In this document: one piece after another, positions 1-9,194 of the stretch | Layout: the number at the start of each line of letters is the position of its first letter | Numbering within the stretch: position 1 is the first letter of the stretch | Translations under genes and position numbers: made by a program | The notes under the pieces: generated by a model | The model's database searches: none | What the model saw: only the letters and a program-made list of their open reading frames with translations | Told to the model about the DNA's origin: nothing | DNA from: Patescibacteria group bacterium | GTDB lineage: Bacteria; Patescibacteriota; Minisyncoccia; UBA6257; UBA9933 | DNA: 64,000 bases | Direction of reading: 5' to 3' | Assembly: GCA_038065955.1 (NCBI GenBank) | Contig: JBBTPY010000008.1 | Span: forward strand, 4,697-68,696

Positions 1-1348
1 ACAAATCGGGATTTTCACCTAAAATATTGCCGAAAATAATCATCTGATAATCTCGGGATTTAATAATCCCATTATTAATTTCGGAAAGCGGCCGAATTGA
101 AAAATTTAATTTGACGCCTATTTTCTCCCAATTTTTTTGAATCAAATTGGCGATTTTAATTAAAGATGGAATTTCCGGAACTATTAAATTAAATTCCAGC
201 TTAACTATTTCTTCTTTAAAATTTTTTTCTCTGATATTGTCTTCATTTAAACGCCAGCCCGTTTCTTCAAGCACTGCCATGGATTTTTCAACGGAAAAGC
301 CTTCTTTTTGATAATTTAATCCGCTCTCTCCGTTTTTTTCAAACAACGGCCCCAATGGACCGGAAATCTCCGTCGCCTGACCATTAAAAATTCTTTCAAT
401 AATTTCTCCCCGATTAACGGCCAAATTCAGCGCCAATCTGACATTTTTATCTTTAAAAGCCGGATGAGAATAAGAATTGAAAAAAATCGCGTAGTATTTT
501 AACATCCGTGGCGCGAAAATTTTATGAGGAAAATTAATTTTTGGCGTTTTCCCGAAATCCGCGAGTTCAAAACCGTCAATCGTTCCGGAATTAAACGCTT
601 TAATTTTATCGTCTTCATTTTGATAAAAAACGAAATTAATTTTATCCAAATACGGCCGAACTCCGAAATAATTATCATCGCGCTTTAAGACATAAAGATT
701 AATATAGCCGTCGGGCTGATTTTTAAAAGCCGAAAATTTATACGGCCCGCTGCCGATCGGTTCAAGATTATAATTGGAAAGTTTAATATTGGCGGCCGGA
801 ATATTCCCGAAAATATGCTTGGGAATCGGCTTAAGGCCGCCCAAAATATTTTCAAAAAACGCGTAAGCGACCGGCAATTTAAAAACCGCTTCCCGCTCAC
901 TCACTCTTTGAATGTCAACGCCCTGCCAGCTTTGAGCCAACGGCGAATAAGCGTCGGCGCTCTGAATAGTCTGAATCGTAAAAATAATATCATCACTGGT
1001 AATTTTTTCCCCGTCTTGCCAAACAAGACCGTCCTTTAACCGATAGCGCCAAACCTTTCCATTTTCTTCCGAACGGTAATTTTCCGCCAAATCCGCCAAA
1101 TCGGCGAAAATTAATTCCGTCAAATCTCGATCAATGGCGGAAACCGCCAAAACCGGATTGACAAAACTCGGCTGGCCGACCATTCCTTCCGAATATTCGC
1201 CACCTGAAACCGGAATAATTTCGGTATTTTTATCAATAAATCCAATCGCCATCAAAGCGGAAGCCACGAAAAACGCCGATAAAACAAAGAAAAACATCAG
1301 GCGTTCATTGCGAGAAAAAGATTTCAATAATTGAATTAATAAAGGCAT
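1..1348 (-). CDS. ABC transporter peptide/nickel substrate-binding protein (family 5), 3' end outside window
   Basis: Translated by hand from ATG at 1348 (first ~260 codons read, open): MPLLIQLLKSFSRNERLMFF...GGEYSEGMVGQPSFVNPVL...WQDGEKITSDDIIFTI...EPIGSGPYKF; SBP_bac_5 motifs; absent from ORF track, presumably because it has no stop in the window. Confidence 0.85.
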   Translation of the reverse strand, partial: MPLLIQLLKSFSRNERLMFFFVLSAFFVASALMAIGFIDKNTEIIPVSGGEYSEGMVGQPSFVNPVLAVSAIDRDLTELIFADLADLAENYRSEENGKVWRYRLKDGLVWQDGEKITSDDIIFTIQTIQSADAYSPLAQSWQGVDIQRVSEREAVFKLPVAYAFFENILGGLKPIPKHIFGNIPAANIKLSNYNLEPIGSGPYKFSAFKNQPDGYINLYVLKRDDNYFGVRPYLDKINFVFYQNEDDKIKAFNSGTIDGFELADFGKTPKINFPHKIFAPRMLKYYAIFFNSYSHPAFKDKNVRLALNLAVNRGEIIERIFNGQATEISGPLGPLFEKNGESGLNYQKEGFSVEKSMAVLEETGWRLNEDNIREKNFKEEIVKLEFNLIVPEIPSLIKIANLIQKNWEKIGVKLNFSIRPLSEINNGIIKSRDYQMIIFGNILGENPDL

Positions 1349-1387
1349 CTAAAGAAAAGATAGCGCTAAGCCGTCAAAAACAAAGAA

Positions 1388-1600
1388 TTATTTATAAAGA
1401 TTGAATAAAGACAAACCCACAAGCGCGATAATTAAAATAACGGTGGCGGAAAATATCAATCGTTCCATCCCCCTTCTGGTGGAATAAAATCCTTCCTGAC
1501 CCCCTCCAAAAACGGCGGAAAATCCTGAAGAACGCTCCTGAAGCAGAATCAGCGCGATAATAACGACCGAAATAATAATTTGAGCAAGATTAAGATACAA
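1388..1600 (-). CDS. secG: Preprotein translocase subunit SecG
   Basis: LILLQERSSGFSAVFGG...STRRGMER motif, two TM helices; probable TTG start at 1600. Confidence 0.9.
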   Translation of the reverse strand: MYLNLAQIIISVVIIALILLQERSSGFSAVFGGGQEGFYSTRRGMERLIFSATVILIIALVGLSLFNLYK

Positions 1601-1601
1601 T

Positions 1602-1967
1602 TTAATGATTATAAAGTCTTTTTGCGAAAAAGCCAATAATTAAATTAACGACTCCGATAATAAGAGTGGCGTAAAGCAACGGCAGTATTCCCGTAATACT
1701 AATGTAATTGGAAAAAAAGTCAAGAAGATAAAGAACAGCTGCATTGACAAAAATAATTCCCAAACCGAAAGTGATAAAAATAATCGGACTAAAAATCAGC
1801 TTCAAAATAGGCTTTATAAATAAATTTATTAAAGTAAAAACCGCGGCGATAATTAAAATCTCCTTAAAACCGCCGGTAATTTCAAATTCTTTAATAAAAT
1901 AAGCCGCGGCCAATAAAGCCGTTAAATTGGAAAGTAACGCGAAAATTATTCTCAAAATTAATTTCAT
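1602..1967 (-). CDS. Phage holin family / DUF360 (YvlD-like) 4-TM membrane protein
   Basis: LINLFIKPILKLIFSPIIFITFGLGIIFVNA signature. Confidence 0.8.
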   Translation of the reverse strand: MKLILRIIFALLSNLTALLAAAYFIKEFEITGGFKEILIIAAVFTLINLFIKPILKLIFSPIIFITFGLGIIFVNAAVLYLLDFFSNYISITGILPLLYATLIIGVVNLIIGFFAKRLYNH

Positions 1968-1970
1968 AAT

Positions 1971-1979
1971 TTATCCACA
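1971..1979 (+). promoter_or_regulatory. Perfect DnaA box in divergent promoter region
   Basis: TTATCCACA; TATAAT at 2009-2014. Confidence 0.5.
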
Positions 1980-2073
1980 GGCCAACTTGGCTTATTTGAA
2001 TTTTTGATTATAATTAAAATATGGTTTCAAAGGTCGAATTAAATCAAGAATTATTAATTCAGTTTAACAAAAA

Positions 2074-2748
2074 ATGTTGCAAACTTTAATAGATGTGACC
2101 GTCGTTTCCCTTTTGAACGTTTGGACGGGAGTCATCGGTTTTATCCCTTCGCTTATCGGCGCTTTAATAGTTTTAATTATCGGCTTGATTGTCGCCAGCG
2201 GCGTGAGATCGCTGATTGAAAAAATCGTCGGCTTGTTAAAAATAAACGATTTGCTTAAAAAAATCGGAGTTGATGTTTATGTTGAGCGCGCCGGTCTGCG
2301 ATTGAATTCGGAAAAGTTCGTCGGCGGCTTGGTATATTGGTTTTTAATTATCGTTTTTATTTTAGCCGTTACCGATATCTTGGAACTTGAAGGGCTTTCG
2401 CTGTTTTTGAAAGATGTTGTCAGTTATATCCCGAACATTATCGCGGCGGTTTTAATAATGCTGGCCACGATTGTGGTCGCCAATTTTTCAAGATCGCTGG
2501 TTAAAGCCTCTGTGATGAGCGCCAAACTCCACGCTTCAAATTTCTTATCGACTTTGGCCTGGTGGGCGATTGCGATTTTCGGCCTTTTGGCCGCTTTAAT
2601 CCAATTAGGAGTCGCGCCGATGCTGTTAAACACCGTCATTACCGGTTTGATCGCGATGGTGGCGATTGCCGGCGGCATTGCTTTCGGCATGGGAGGTAAA
2701 GATTACGCCGCTCATTTAATCAATAAATTAAGAGAGCGAACGGAATAA
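2074..2748 (+). CDS. CmpX-like conserved TM-helix repeat protein (MscS-associated TM repeats)
   Basis: FIPSLIGALIVLIIG / YIPNIIAAVLI repeats, C-terminal GIAFGMGGKD. Confidence 0.8.
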   Translation: MLQTLIDVTVVSLLNVWTGVIGFIPSLIGALIVLIIGLIVASGVRSLIEKIVGLLKINDLLKKIGVDVYVERAGLRLNSEKFVGGLVYWFLIIVFILAVTDILELEGLSLFLKDVVSYIPNIIAAVLIMLATIVVANFSRSLVKASVMSAKLHASNFLSTLAWWAIAIFGLLAALIQLGVAPMLLNTVITGLIAMVAIAGGIAFGMGGKDYAAHLINKLRERTE

Positions 2749-2773
2749 TTGAAGATATCAAGACTTTAATTAA

Positions 2774-2804
2774 CAAAAAACCCGCCAATTGGCGGGTTTT
2801 TTTG
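2774..2804. terminator. Bidirectional intrinsic terminator
   Basis: A6-CCCGCCAATTGGCGGG-T7 between convergent genes. Confidence 0.85.
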
Positions 2805-2814
2805 TCAGTTAAAA

Positions 2815-3711
2815 CTAATTATCGTGTGTTTTATTTTTCAACTTATCCAAGCCCAAATCATAATCAATTTCCGCGTAAATCTTTAATTGAGGAGCAGGCT
2901 TAATATTGGAAATTATCTCAATGGTTTTAAAAAATCTGCCTTCCGGTTCTTCATGAAGATTAGGGTCAAAAGAAACTGTGATTACCGCTTTCTCGCCGGC
3001 TGCGATTTCTTTTTTGTTTATTTTAGCGGACGCGCAAGCGCAGGATGTCGGAAGAGAAGAAACAACTACTTTTTCCGAGCCGTTATTGATAATTTCAAAA
3101 TCCGCGCTGACAATACCCTGGCTTTGTTTAACAACTCCAAAATCATATTCCATTTTGAGAATATAAAGCGACGGCCCGGAAACGCGCGGGATTTCTTTAA
3201 CAACGTCTCCTTTGAATTTCAGAACGATTTTGGGCGTTTCTTTGGAATCCGTCTCCAAATAAACCTCTCTTAAAATCTCGCCTATAGCGTCCGGGCCATG
3301 AGCCAATGGATTAAAAACAGCTTTAACAAACATAGACTCGCCGGCCGGCGCTTTAATATCGGCGCTTGAATTTTGGCCACCGTGGCCCGGCATGCCGTAA
3401 GGGCCGTAATTTTTATCGCTAATGGTTATTCTCGCCTCCGTGCACATACAGGAAGTGTAAACTTTTTTTATTTTAACCGGTCCTTCCCCTTCGTTTTTGA
3501 GCTCAAAAATGTGGCTCACTTTTCCGCCCATTATCGGAATAACGCCTAAATCAAAATTATTATCCAAAACAACCAGATTGCCCGAAGAATCGGCCGAAGA
3601 ACCTGTATCGCTTTTATTAATAACCGTCAAAGCCGCCAAAATTATTAAAACAATAACGGCAATGCCGATAAAAATCGTGTTTTTATTATTCATATTCTTA
3701 TAATATATCAT
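2815..3711 (-). CDS. Membrane-anchored protein with two DUF1573 Ig-like domains
   Basis: DLGVI...FELKNEG...TSCMCT and YDFGVV...FEIINNG...TSCACA repeats. Confidence 0.8.
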   Translation of the reverse strand: MIYYKNMNNKNTIFIGIAVIVLIILAALTVINKSDTGSSADSSGNLVVLDNNFDLGVIPIMGGKVSHIFELKNEGEGPVKIKKVYTSCMCTEARITISDKNYGPYGMPGHGGQNSSADIKAPAGESMFVKAVFNPLAHGPDAIGEILREVYLETDSKETPKIVLKFKGDVVKEIPRVSGPSLYILKMEYDFGVVKQSQGIVSADFEIINNGSEKVVVSSLPTSCACASAKINKKEIAAGEKAVITVSFDPNLHEEPEGRFFKTIEIISNIKPAPQLKIYAEIDYDLGLDKLKNKTHDN

Positions 3712-3740
3712 AACCGCCGTAGTAATCCAAAGTCAGATTG

Positions 3741-3815
3741 TGGTGTCCTCGACAGGAATCGAACCTGTACCGCCTCCTTCGGAGGGAGGCATTGTATCCA
3801 TTCAACTACGAGGAC
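3741..3815 (-). tRNA. tRNA-Arg(CCG)
   Basis: Reverse complement GTCCTCG...CCTCC-CTCCGAA-GGAGG...ACAGG-TTCGATT-CCTGT-CGAGGAC-A-CCA; full cloverleaf with encoded CCA. Confidence 0.95.
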
Positions 3816-3827
3816 ATTCGCTATTCG

Positions 3828-4331
3828 CTATATTCTAAATTCTATTTTAACATACGCCACATCGCTTGGCGCTGGAGAATAAGTAATTTTTACTTCAGCC
3901 TTCTTAAAAGTTTCTTTGATTTTTTTCGCCAATTTCACCGCCAATTGATTTTCAGTTGTCGTTATTATTAAATTTTCACCGATTTCTTTAACGGCAATTA
4001 ACCTGTCCATTGGGTCGCGTTCGTAAGCTTTTTTACAAAATAATTCTATTAAATGTTTTAAGTCATTTTTTATTTTAACCGGCGCGTTTTTAATGACAAT
4101 CTCGCCTTCAAACTGCTTATTTTTAATCATTTGGCAAGCCGGACAAAGTGAAAATTTAACGGCCGTATCGTCCAAATTTTTACAATCATTTAAACTATGG
4201 CGCCATGATTTTACGCAATAAGCGGCGTCGCAATTTTTACAAATAACCACGCCTTTTTCACCTTTTAAGATTTCATGTTTTTCCCTCCGCCGCGGAATTA
4301 TTTTATTGTCATATTGTTTGCGTTTAAGCAT
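3828..4331 (-). CDS. BCAM0308-family / NMD3-like zinc-finger protein
   Basis: CxxC...W...CPAC followed by TTTENQLAVKLAKKI. Confidence 0.7.
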   Translation of the reverse strand: MLKRKQYDNKIIPRRREKHEILKGEKGVVICKNCDAAYCVKSWRHSLNDCKNLDDTAVKFSLCPACQMIKNKQFEGEIVIKNAPVKIKNDLKHLIELFCKKAYERDPMDRLIAVKEIGENLIITTTENQLAVKLAKKIKETFKKAEVKITYSPAPSDVAYVKIEFRI

Positions 4332-4373
4332 ATTAATAATAAATTTTGAATTTTAAATCAATTGAAAATTGTT

Positions 4374-5501
4374 TTAATAAATCAAAGTATAAATAATACC
4401 GCCGCCAAAAACAAGCAAAAGCCCGTAAATTATGAACGGGTTGATTTTTTGAAAAAATTGATTTTCATTCGGAATTTTAGAAGCCTTCCGCCACATCAAA
4501 ATAATTAAAATTCCTTCAATGCTGATAAAAAGCCCGCCGACAAACGCCACTAGTCCCAAAAAATTTTTGAAACCCAAAAAATAAAGCGTGAGAGGAGAAA
4601 AAATCGCGATTAATCCGGCGTAAAAATGAGGAAAATTCAAATCGTGTTCAAAACTTTTCTTGATATTCCGGCCGATAACAATATAAGTGCTCCATAAAGA
4701 AACCGCTCCTAAAACGCCCAAAGCGGCTAAAAATAAAAAGGGCAGACGATTAACCAGTCCGGAAACCGCGTCTTCGGAAATTTCTCCCGACAATTTCCAG
4801 ACTCCGGCGACAAAAATAAAATAAATAACGGCCGGAATCAAACTCCCTAAAATAATCGGCAATTTGGCTTTTTTAACCGATTCGCCGTTGTTGCGGAAAT
4901 ATCCCAAAACCGTCGGAATAACCACGCCGCCGGACAAAGCGAAAAGCGCGGCGCCGTAAGGGAATAAAAAATAATTAAAATTTATCAAAGGTATCGCCGA
5001 TAATCTCCCAAAATCCGCGCCACCGTAAAAAAATAACGCCAAAATAATAAAAGTTGACAAAATTAAAATCGAAAATTCCGAAATTGTCAGTTTGTTAATG
5101 TTGATAAAAATAATAATTGAGCCCAAAAACCAAAATCCCAAAAGTTTATAAATGTCCGGCCAAGACGCGCCGCCGACCAAATTGACGAAACTCACGGATA
5201 AAATCAAATAAATGGTCAAAGCGAAAATGGCGCCGACAACGGAAAGTAAAAAAGCCAGCCAAAAACCGATTCTGCCGAAATAAATTTTCGCGTATCCCAA
5301 TAAACGATGATTTTCCGGAGTGCGGACGATAATATCGGCGTACATCAAATGAATCAAAACAATAATTAAAGAAAAAAATAATAAATAAAAAACGCCGCTG
5401 AAAATTCCGGCTTTGGCGAAAACATAAGGCAACGCGAACATGCCCGCGCCGATGATTGTTGCAGCCAGCAAAGAAGCCGGCAAAATGATATTTTTATACA
5501 C
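4374..5501 (-). CDS. Aromatic amino acid (Trp/Tyr) permease family transporter
   Basis: ATIIGAGMFALPY motif, about 11 TM helices. Confidence 0.85.
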   Translation of the reverse strand: MYKNIILPASLLAATIIGAGMFALPYVFAKAGIFSGVFYLLFFSLIIVLIHLMYADIIVRTPENHRLLGYAKIYFGRIGFWLAFLLSVVGAIFALTIYLILSVSFVNLVGGASWPDIYKLLGFWFLGSIIIFININKLTISEFSILILSTFIILALFFYGGADFGRLSAIPLINFNYFLFPYGAALFALSGGVVIPTVLGYFRNNGESVKKAKLPIILGSLIPAVIYFIFVAGVWKLSGEISEDAVSGLVNRLPFLFLAALGVLGAVSLWSTYIVIGRNIKKSFEHDLNFPHFYAGLIAIFSPLTLYFLGFKNFLGLVAFVGGLFISIEGILIILMWRKASKIPNENQFFQKINPFIIYGLLLVFGGGIIYTLIY

Positions 5502-5745
5502 CGTAAATTTCGTCTCCTTCTCTTACTTTTTCGTCTGTTTTAATCCCCACTTCCTGCCCTTTTTTGGCGCTTTCAATGTCTTTATGGTCATACTGTATTG
5601 AATTAATATCCTGTTCAAAATCCGTATGAGCTCCCTTAAAATGAACGCGCTCGCCTTTCTTGACCGCTTTTTTAAACTTTGCGATTGCTACGCCAAGATG
5701 GCCGTAATAATGAGTAATTTTGCCGATGAGAGTTTCTTTAGCCAT
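5494..5745 (-). CDS. Small translation-factor beta-barrel-like protein (U32 C-terminal-like)
   Basis: IGKITHYYGHLGVAI...AKKGQEVGIK...VREGDEIY; likely start MAKETL at 5745. Confidence 0.7.
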   Translation of the reverse strand: MAKETLIGKITHYYGHLGVAIAKFKKAVKKGERVHFKGAHTDFEQDINSIQYDHKDIESAKKGQEVGIKTDEKVREGDEIYGV

Positions 5746-5772
5746 AATTTTTTGACTTTTATTTCGACCTTT

Positions 5773-5833
5773 ATCCCCCACATAACAAGTTATGTGGGGG
5801 ATTTATCCCCCGCGCAATTTGTTATGTGGGGAC
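5773..5833. repeat. Tandem pair of CCCC..GGGG hairpin elements
   Basis: ATCCCCCACATAAC-AA-GTTATGTGGGGGAT followed by a degenerate second copy. Confidence 0.65.
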
Positions 5834-6436
5834 TTACAAAGAACCGCTGTGATGATTATTTTCTTTTTCTTTTTTAATCACCTCAACTAATTTATCCAGA
5901 AGCTCTTTGGGATTTTTAGCGTAGACTATTTTATCTTTCATTTCGTCGGCGCGATGGGATTTTTCAATTAAAATTTTAAACACTTCGTCGGTTTCCCAGT
6001 CGCCCTCTAAAATACCTATCGGCTTTTTATCCTCAAAGGCGATAGTAAATTCATTAAGCGTCCCCATCCGGCCACAACCGACAATAACGGCGTCTGCGGC
6101 GCGAGTTAAAAGTAAATTTCTGCCGGAATAACCGGCGCCGGTGTAAATAATAAAATCGTGATTGTCCGTCGGCAGTTTATAAACATTGATGTGTTCCCTT
6201 TCGGTATCGGCCGGCGAAAAACCGACGACAATGCCGCCGACTTCTTTGGCGCCCTTGGCCGCCCAATAAGGAAAACCTGTGGTGGCGCCTTCAATTAAAA
6301 CCGCGTCGTGGCGAACGATTTCTTTGCCTAATTCCTCGGCTTTTTTAAAAGCGTCGGCGCCGCAATATCCGGTCTCGGCGGCGCCGGAAACGCAGATTTT
6401 ATATTTATAAACCGTATGGCAAATATTGTTGTCCAT
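5834..6436 (-). CDS. LOG/SLOG family nucleotide-binding protein (TIGR00725-like)
   Basis: GATTG, GFSP, RNLLL, GRMGTLNEF motifs. Confidence 0.85.
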   Translation of the reverse strand: MDNNICHTVYKYKICVSGAAETGYCGADAFKKAEELGKEIVRHDAVLIEGATTGFPYWAAKGAKEVGGIVVGFSPADTEREHINVYKLPTDNHDFIIYTGAGYSGRNLLLTRAADAVIVGCGRMGTLNEFTIAFEDKKPIGILEGDWETDEVFKILIEKSHRADEMKDKIVYAKNPKELLDKLVEVIKKEKENNHHSGSL

Positions 6437-6444
6437 AATTTATA

Positions 6445-7800
6445 TTATAACACGAACTCGTCTCCTTTTGAAGGAACAACGGCTTCAACCGCCAGAACAT
6501 CCTGAATTTTTTCCGCCAAGGGCAAAGATTGGTCTTCTTCGCCTTGAACCACAAAAACTTTTTTAAGAGATGATTTAACCGGCGCCAGCCAATCGATTAT
6601 TTTCTTCTGGTCCGCATGGGCCGAATAACCGCTGATGGATATTACCCGGCAATTAACCGCCACTTCAACGCCGAAAATTTTGACGCTTTTGGCGCCGTCT
6701 AAAATTTGTCTGCCTAACGACCCTTTAGCCTGATAACCGATAAACAGAATCGCGCTTTTCGGGTCTGATAAATAACGCATTTCATGGTGTAAAATGCGAC
6801 CGCCCTGCGACATCCCGGAACCGGCGATAATCACTTTCGGCCCCTTAATGTTATTTATTTCTTTTGACTGTTCCGAAGTTAAAGTCAATTTTAATCCCGG
6901 AAAATCAAAAATCGCGTCGCCCTTGCGAATTAAAAATAAAGATTCGTCGTCAATATAATCGCCGTTTGAATATTTTTTATAAATGGAAGTAAGCCTGATA
7001 GCTAAAGGACTGTCAATAAAAATCGGCACCTTTGGAACCCGGCCGTTTTCCACCAGTTCATTAAGCTCAAAAAGCAAATCCTGGGTTCTTTCCATGGCAA
7101 AAGCCGGAATTAAAAGCGCGCCGCCGGATTTAAACGTGTTTTCAATTAAATTTTCAATAATGTCTTTTCTAATTTTTAAATCTTCATGAATCCGATTGCC
7201 GTAAGTTGACTCCGTTAAAACATAATCCGCTTCCGGCAATAATTCGGTGTCTTTCACTAAAGGAGCGGCAATATTCCCCAAGTCGCCGGAAAAAACTATT
7301 TTTTTACTCTCTGCGGCGACAGAAATAAAACTTGAACCCAAAATATGGCCGGCGTCGTAAAATTCTATTTCAAAATCTTTTATCATAAATTTTTGACGGT
7401 AATTAATCGTCCGCCATAAAGCCATTGTTTTATTGACATCGTCAATCGAATAAACCGGCTCCAAATTTTTTTCTTGCGCGTTTTTATTCAATAAATGTTC
7501 GGAATCAATTAAGAGTTGTTCGGCGAAATCTTTTGTCGGCGGCGTTGAATAAATCTCGCCCCGAAAACCGGCTTTATAAAGCCGGGGCAAGCGGCCGGTA
7601 TGGTCAATATGAGCGTGAGTGATTAAAACCGCGTCAATAGTTTCGGAATTGTAAAGGAATTTCTCAAAATTACATTTCTCGCAATAAGCCGGCCCCTGAA
7701 AAAGCCCGCAATCAACGAGAATTTTAGTTCCTTTGTCGCTTTCCAATAAATAATTGGCGCCGGTAACCGTTCGGGCGCCGCCGTAAAAAGTAAGTTTCAT
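6445..7800 (-). CDS. MBL-fold beta-CASP ribonuclease
   Basis: THAHIDH, AGHILGS, ESTYG, YSAHAD motifs. Confidence 0.9.
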   Translation of the reverse strand: MKLTFYGGARTVTGANYLLESDKGTKILVDCGLFQGPAYCEKCNFEKFLYNSETIDAVLITHAHIDHTGRLPRLYKAGFRGEIYSTPPTKDFAEQLLIDSEHLLNKNAQEKNLEPVYSIDDVNKTMALWRTINYRQKFMIKDFEIEFYDAGHILGSSFISVAAESKKIVFSGDLGNIAAPLVKDTELLPEADYVLTESTYGNRIHEDLKIRKDIIENLIENTFKSGGALLIPAFAMERTQDLLFELNELVENGRVPKVPIFIDSPLAIRLTSIYKKYSNGDYIDDESLFLIRKGDAIFDFPGLKLTLTSEQSKEINNIKGPKVIIAGSGMSQGGRILHHEMRYLSDPKSAILFIGYQAKGSLGRQILDGAKSVKIFGVEVAVNCRVISISGYSAHADQKKIIDWLAPVKSSLKKVFVVQGEEDQSLPLAEKIQDVLAVEAVVPSKGDEFVL

Positions 7801-8231
7801 AATTTGACGCTTATAATTCTTTCGTTTTCTTTTTTGCCGTGCTTAAATTTTATCCAAATAGCGCTTTTGGGCAAATATTTTTTAATAATTCCCGGCCATT
7901 CTATTAAAACGATATTTTTAGGATTTTTTAAAATTTCCTTCAATCCTAAGTCTAAAATCTCCTTTGATTTTTTAAGCCGATAACAATCTATGTGATAAAC
8001 TTTATAACTTTTAACTTTATAACTTTTAACCAATACAAAAGTCGGACTGGTTATTTTTCTTTTAATGCCGGCGCCGGCGATAAATCCTTTGACAAAAGTC
8101 GTTTTGCCGGCCCCTAAATCGCCGCTTAAAGCAAAAACTAATGCGCCGTTCTTGCCATAAAAAATTTCTCCGCTTAATAATTTTGCCAGCGCTTTTGTCT
8201 GTTTAAAAGAAGTTGTTTTTAAAGAAAACAT
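7797..8231 (-). CDS. tsaE: tRNA threonylcarbamoyladenosine biosynthesis ATPase
   Basis: GDLGAGKTT, SPTF, HIDCYRL, IEW motifs; likely start 8231. Confidence 0.92.
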   Translation of the reverse strand: MFSLKTTSFKQTKALAKLLSGEIFYGKNGALVFALSGDLGAGKTTFVKGFIAGAGIKRKITSPTFVLVKSYKVKSYKVYHIDCYRLKKSKEILDLGLKEILKNPKNIVLIEWPGIIKKYLPKSAIWIKFKHGKKENERIISVKL

Positions 8232-8250
8232 TTCAGCGAGATGAAGTCCG

Positions 8251-9159
8251 TCATATTCCGCAACCTCCGCCGCCTTTGATTTCCGGCGGTTCAACTTGGC
8301 TTAAAATATTCTGATAACCGGAAGCGCCGGAATAATCCGGACCTAAAACTTCTTTAGCGTCAATTTTATCCCAAGAAACGTTTTTATTTTTGAAATATTT
8401 GGCAATCGTCAAATAAGTGTCCGGGAACCAATAAGAATTGACCGTTAAAGCGATTTTATACATTTCGTCTTCGCCGATATTCTGGCTGGCCATCAATTCT
8501 AAAAGTCCGAGCATCGCCATTCCGTGATTGCAATCCGGAAAATAAGTTGAATTGCCGCAACAAGGCCGAAAAATGTTTTTGGAAACCATCTCCACGAGCG
8601 CTTGTTGGCTTTCATTTAAAACAATAAAATTATGTTTGCTGTAATGATTCATTGCTTCGCCTTTGGCGATAGTCCAACCGCCAGTTGAAGCGAAACGACC
8701 GGCGCCGCCGAATTTTTCATCGGTCATCGGCCCTTCTTCTAAAATCTTATTTTTATTGCCCAATCCAAGCGCCCATAAAAGATTCAAAACAAATCCGGAA
8801 TTTTGAGAATCAATAACCAAATTGCCGTTATCTTCGCCGTATAAAAGATTTTTATCCGCCTCGCTTAATCCTTCGCGGCCGGCGTAAATTTCTTCAAATT
8901 TTTGACCGTCAATAACACCCGCCTCAACCAATTGTTTCCCCAAATTCCTCCATTTTACCGGCAATTCAACGCCCGGAGAAGGGATTACTTCCTCTTCAAA
9001 ATTTAAACCGTCCGCGTTGTTTTGCGCGGCATCGTTTCGCGGCTCTAAAGATTTTAATCCGGCGCCGTAAATCAAAGCGCCGCCGATTAAAATACCGGCA
9101 ATAGTAATTGAAACCGAAAGCAAATAATCAAATTTTTTTCGCGGCGAATTTTCTTCCAT
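8251..9159 (-). CDS. Membrane-anchored Cys/His-rich hypothetical protein
   Basis: N-terminal TM; RPCCGN...DCNHG and C-terminal GGGCG motifs. Confidence 0.65.
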   Translation of the reverse strand: MEENSPRKKFDYLLSVSITIAGILIGGALIYGAGLKSLEPRNDAAQNNADGLNFEEEVIPSPGVELPVKWRNLGKQLVEAGVIDGQKFEEIYAGREGLSEADKNLLYGEDNGNLVIDSQNSGFVLNLLWALGLGNKNKILEEGPMTDEKFGGAGRFASTGGWTIAKGEAMNHYSKHNFIVLNESQQALVEMVSKNIFRPCCGNSTYFPDCNHGMAMLGLLELMASQNIGEDEMYKIALTVNSYWFPDTYLTIAKYFKNKNVSWDKIDAKEVLGPDYSGASGYQNILSQVEPPEIKGGGGCGI

Positions 9160-9194
9160 TGCGATAAAAATAACATAAACTATAATTGAAGTAA

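Noticed and set aside
685-1334. Short ORFs suggesting a frameshifted pseudogene
   Set aside because: They are shadows of the minus-strand substrate-binding gene that runs off the window
1602-1967. Prophage suggested by holin-family gene
   Set aside because: DUF360 membrane proteins are common chromosomal genes; no phage structural genes nearby
3741-3815. tRNA as an integration site
   Set aside because: No duplicate of its 3' end noticed and no adjacent integrase
3738-3971. 77-aa plus-strand ORF
   Set aside because: Antisense to tRNA-Arg and the BCAM0308-like gene
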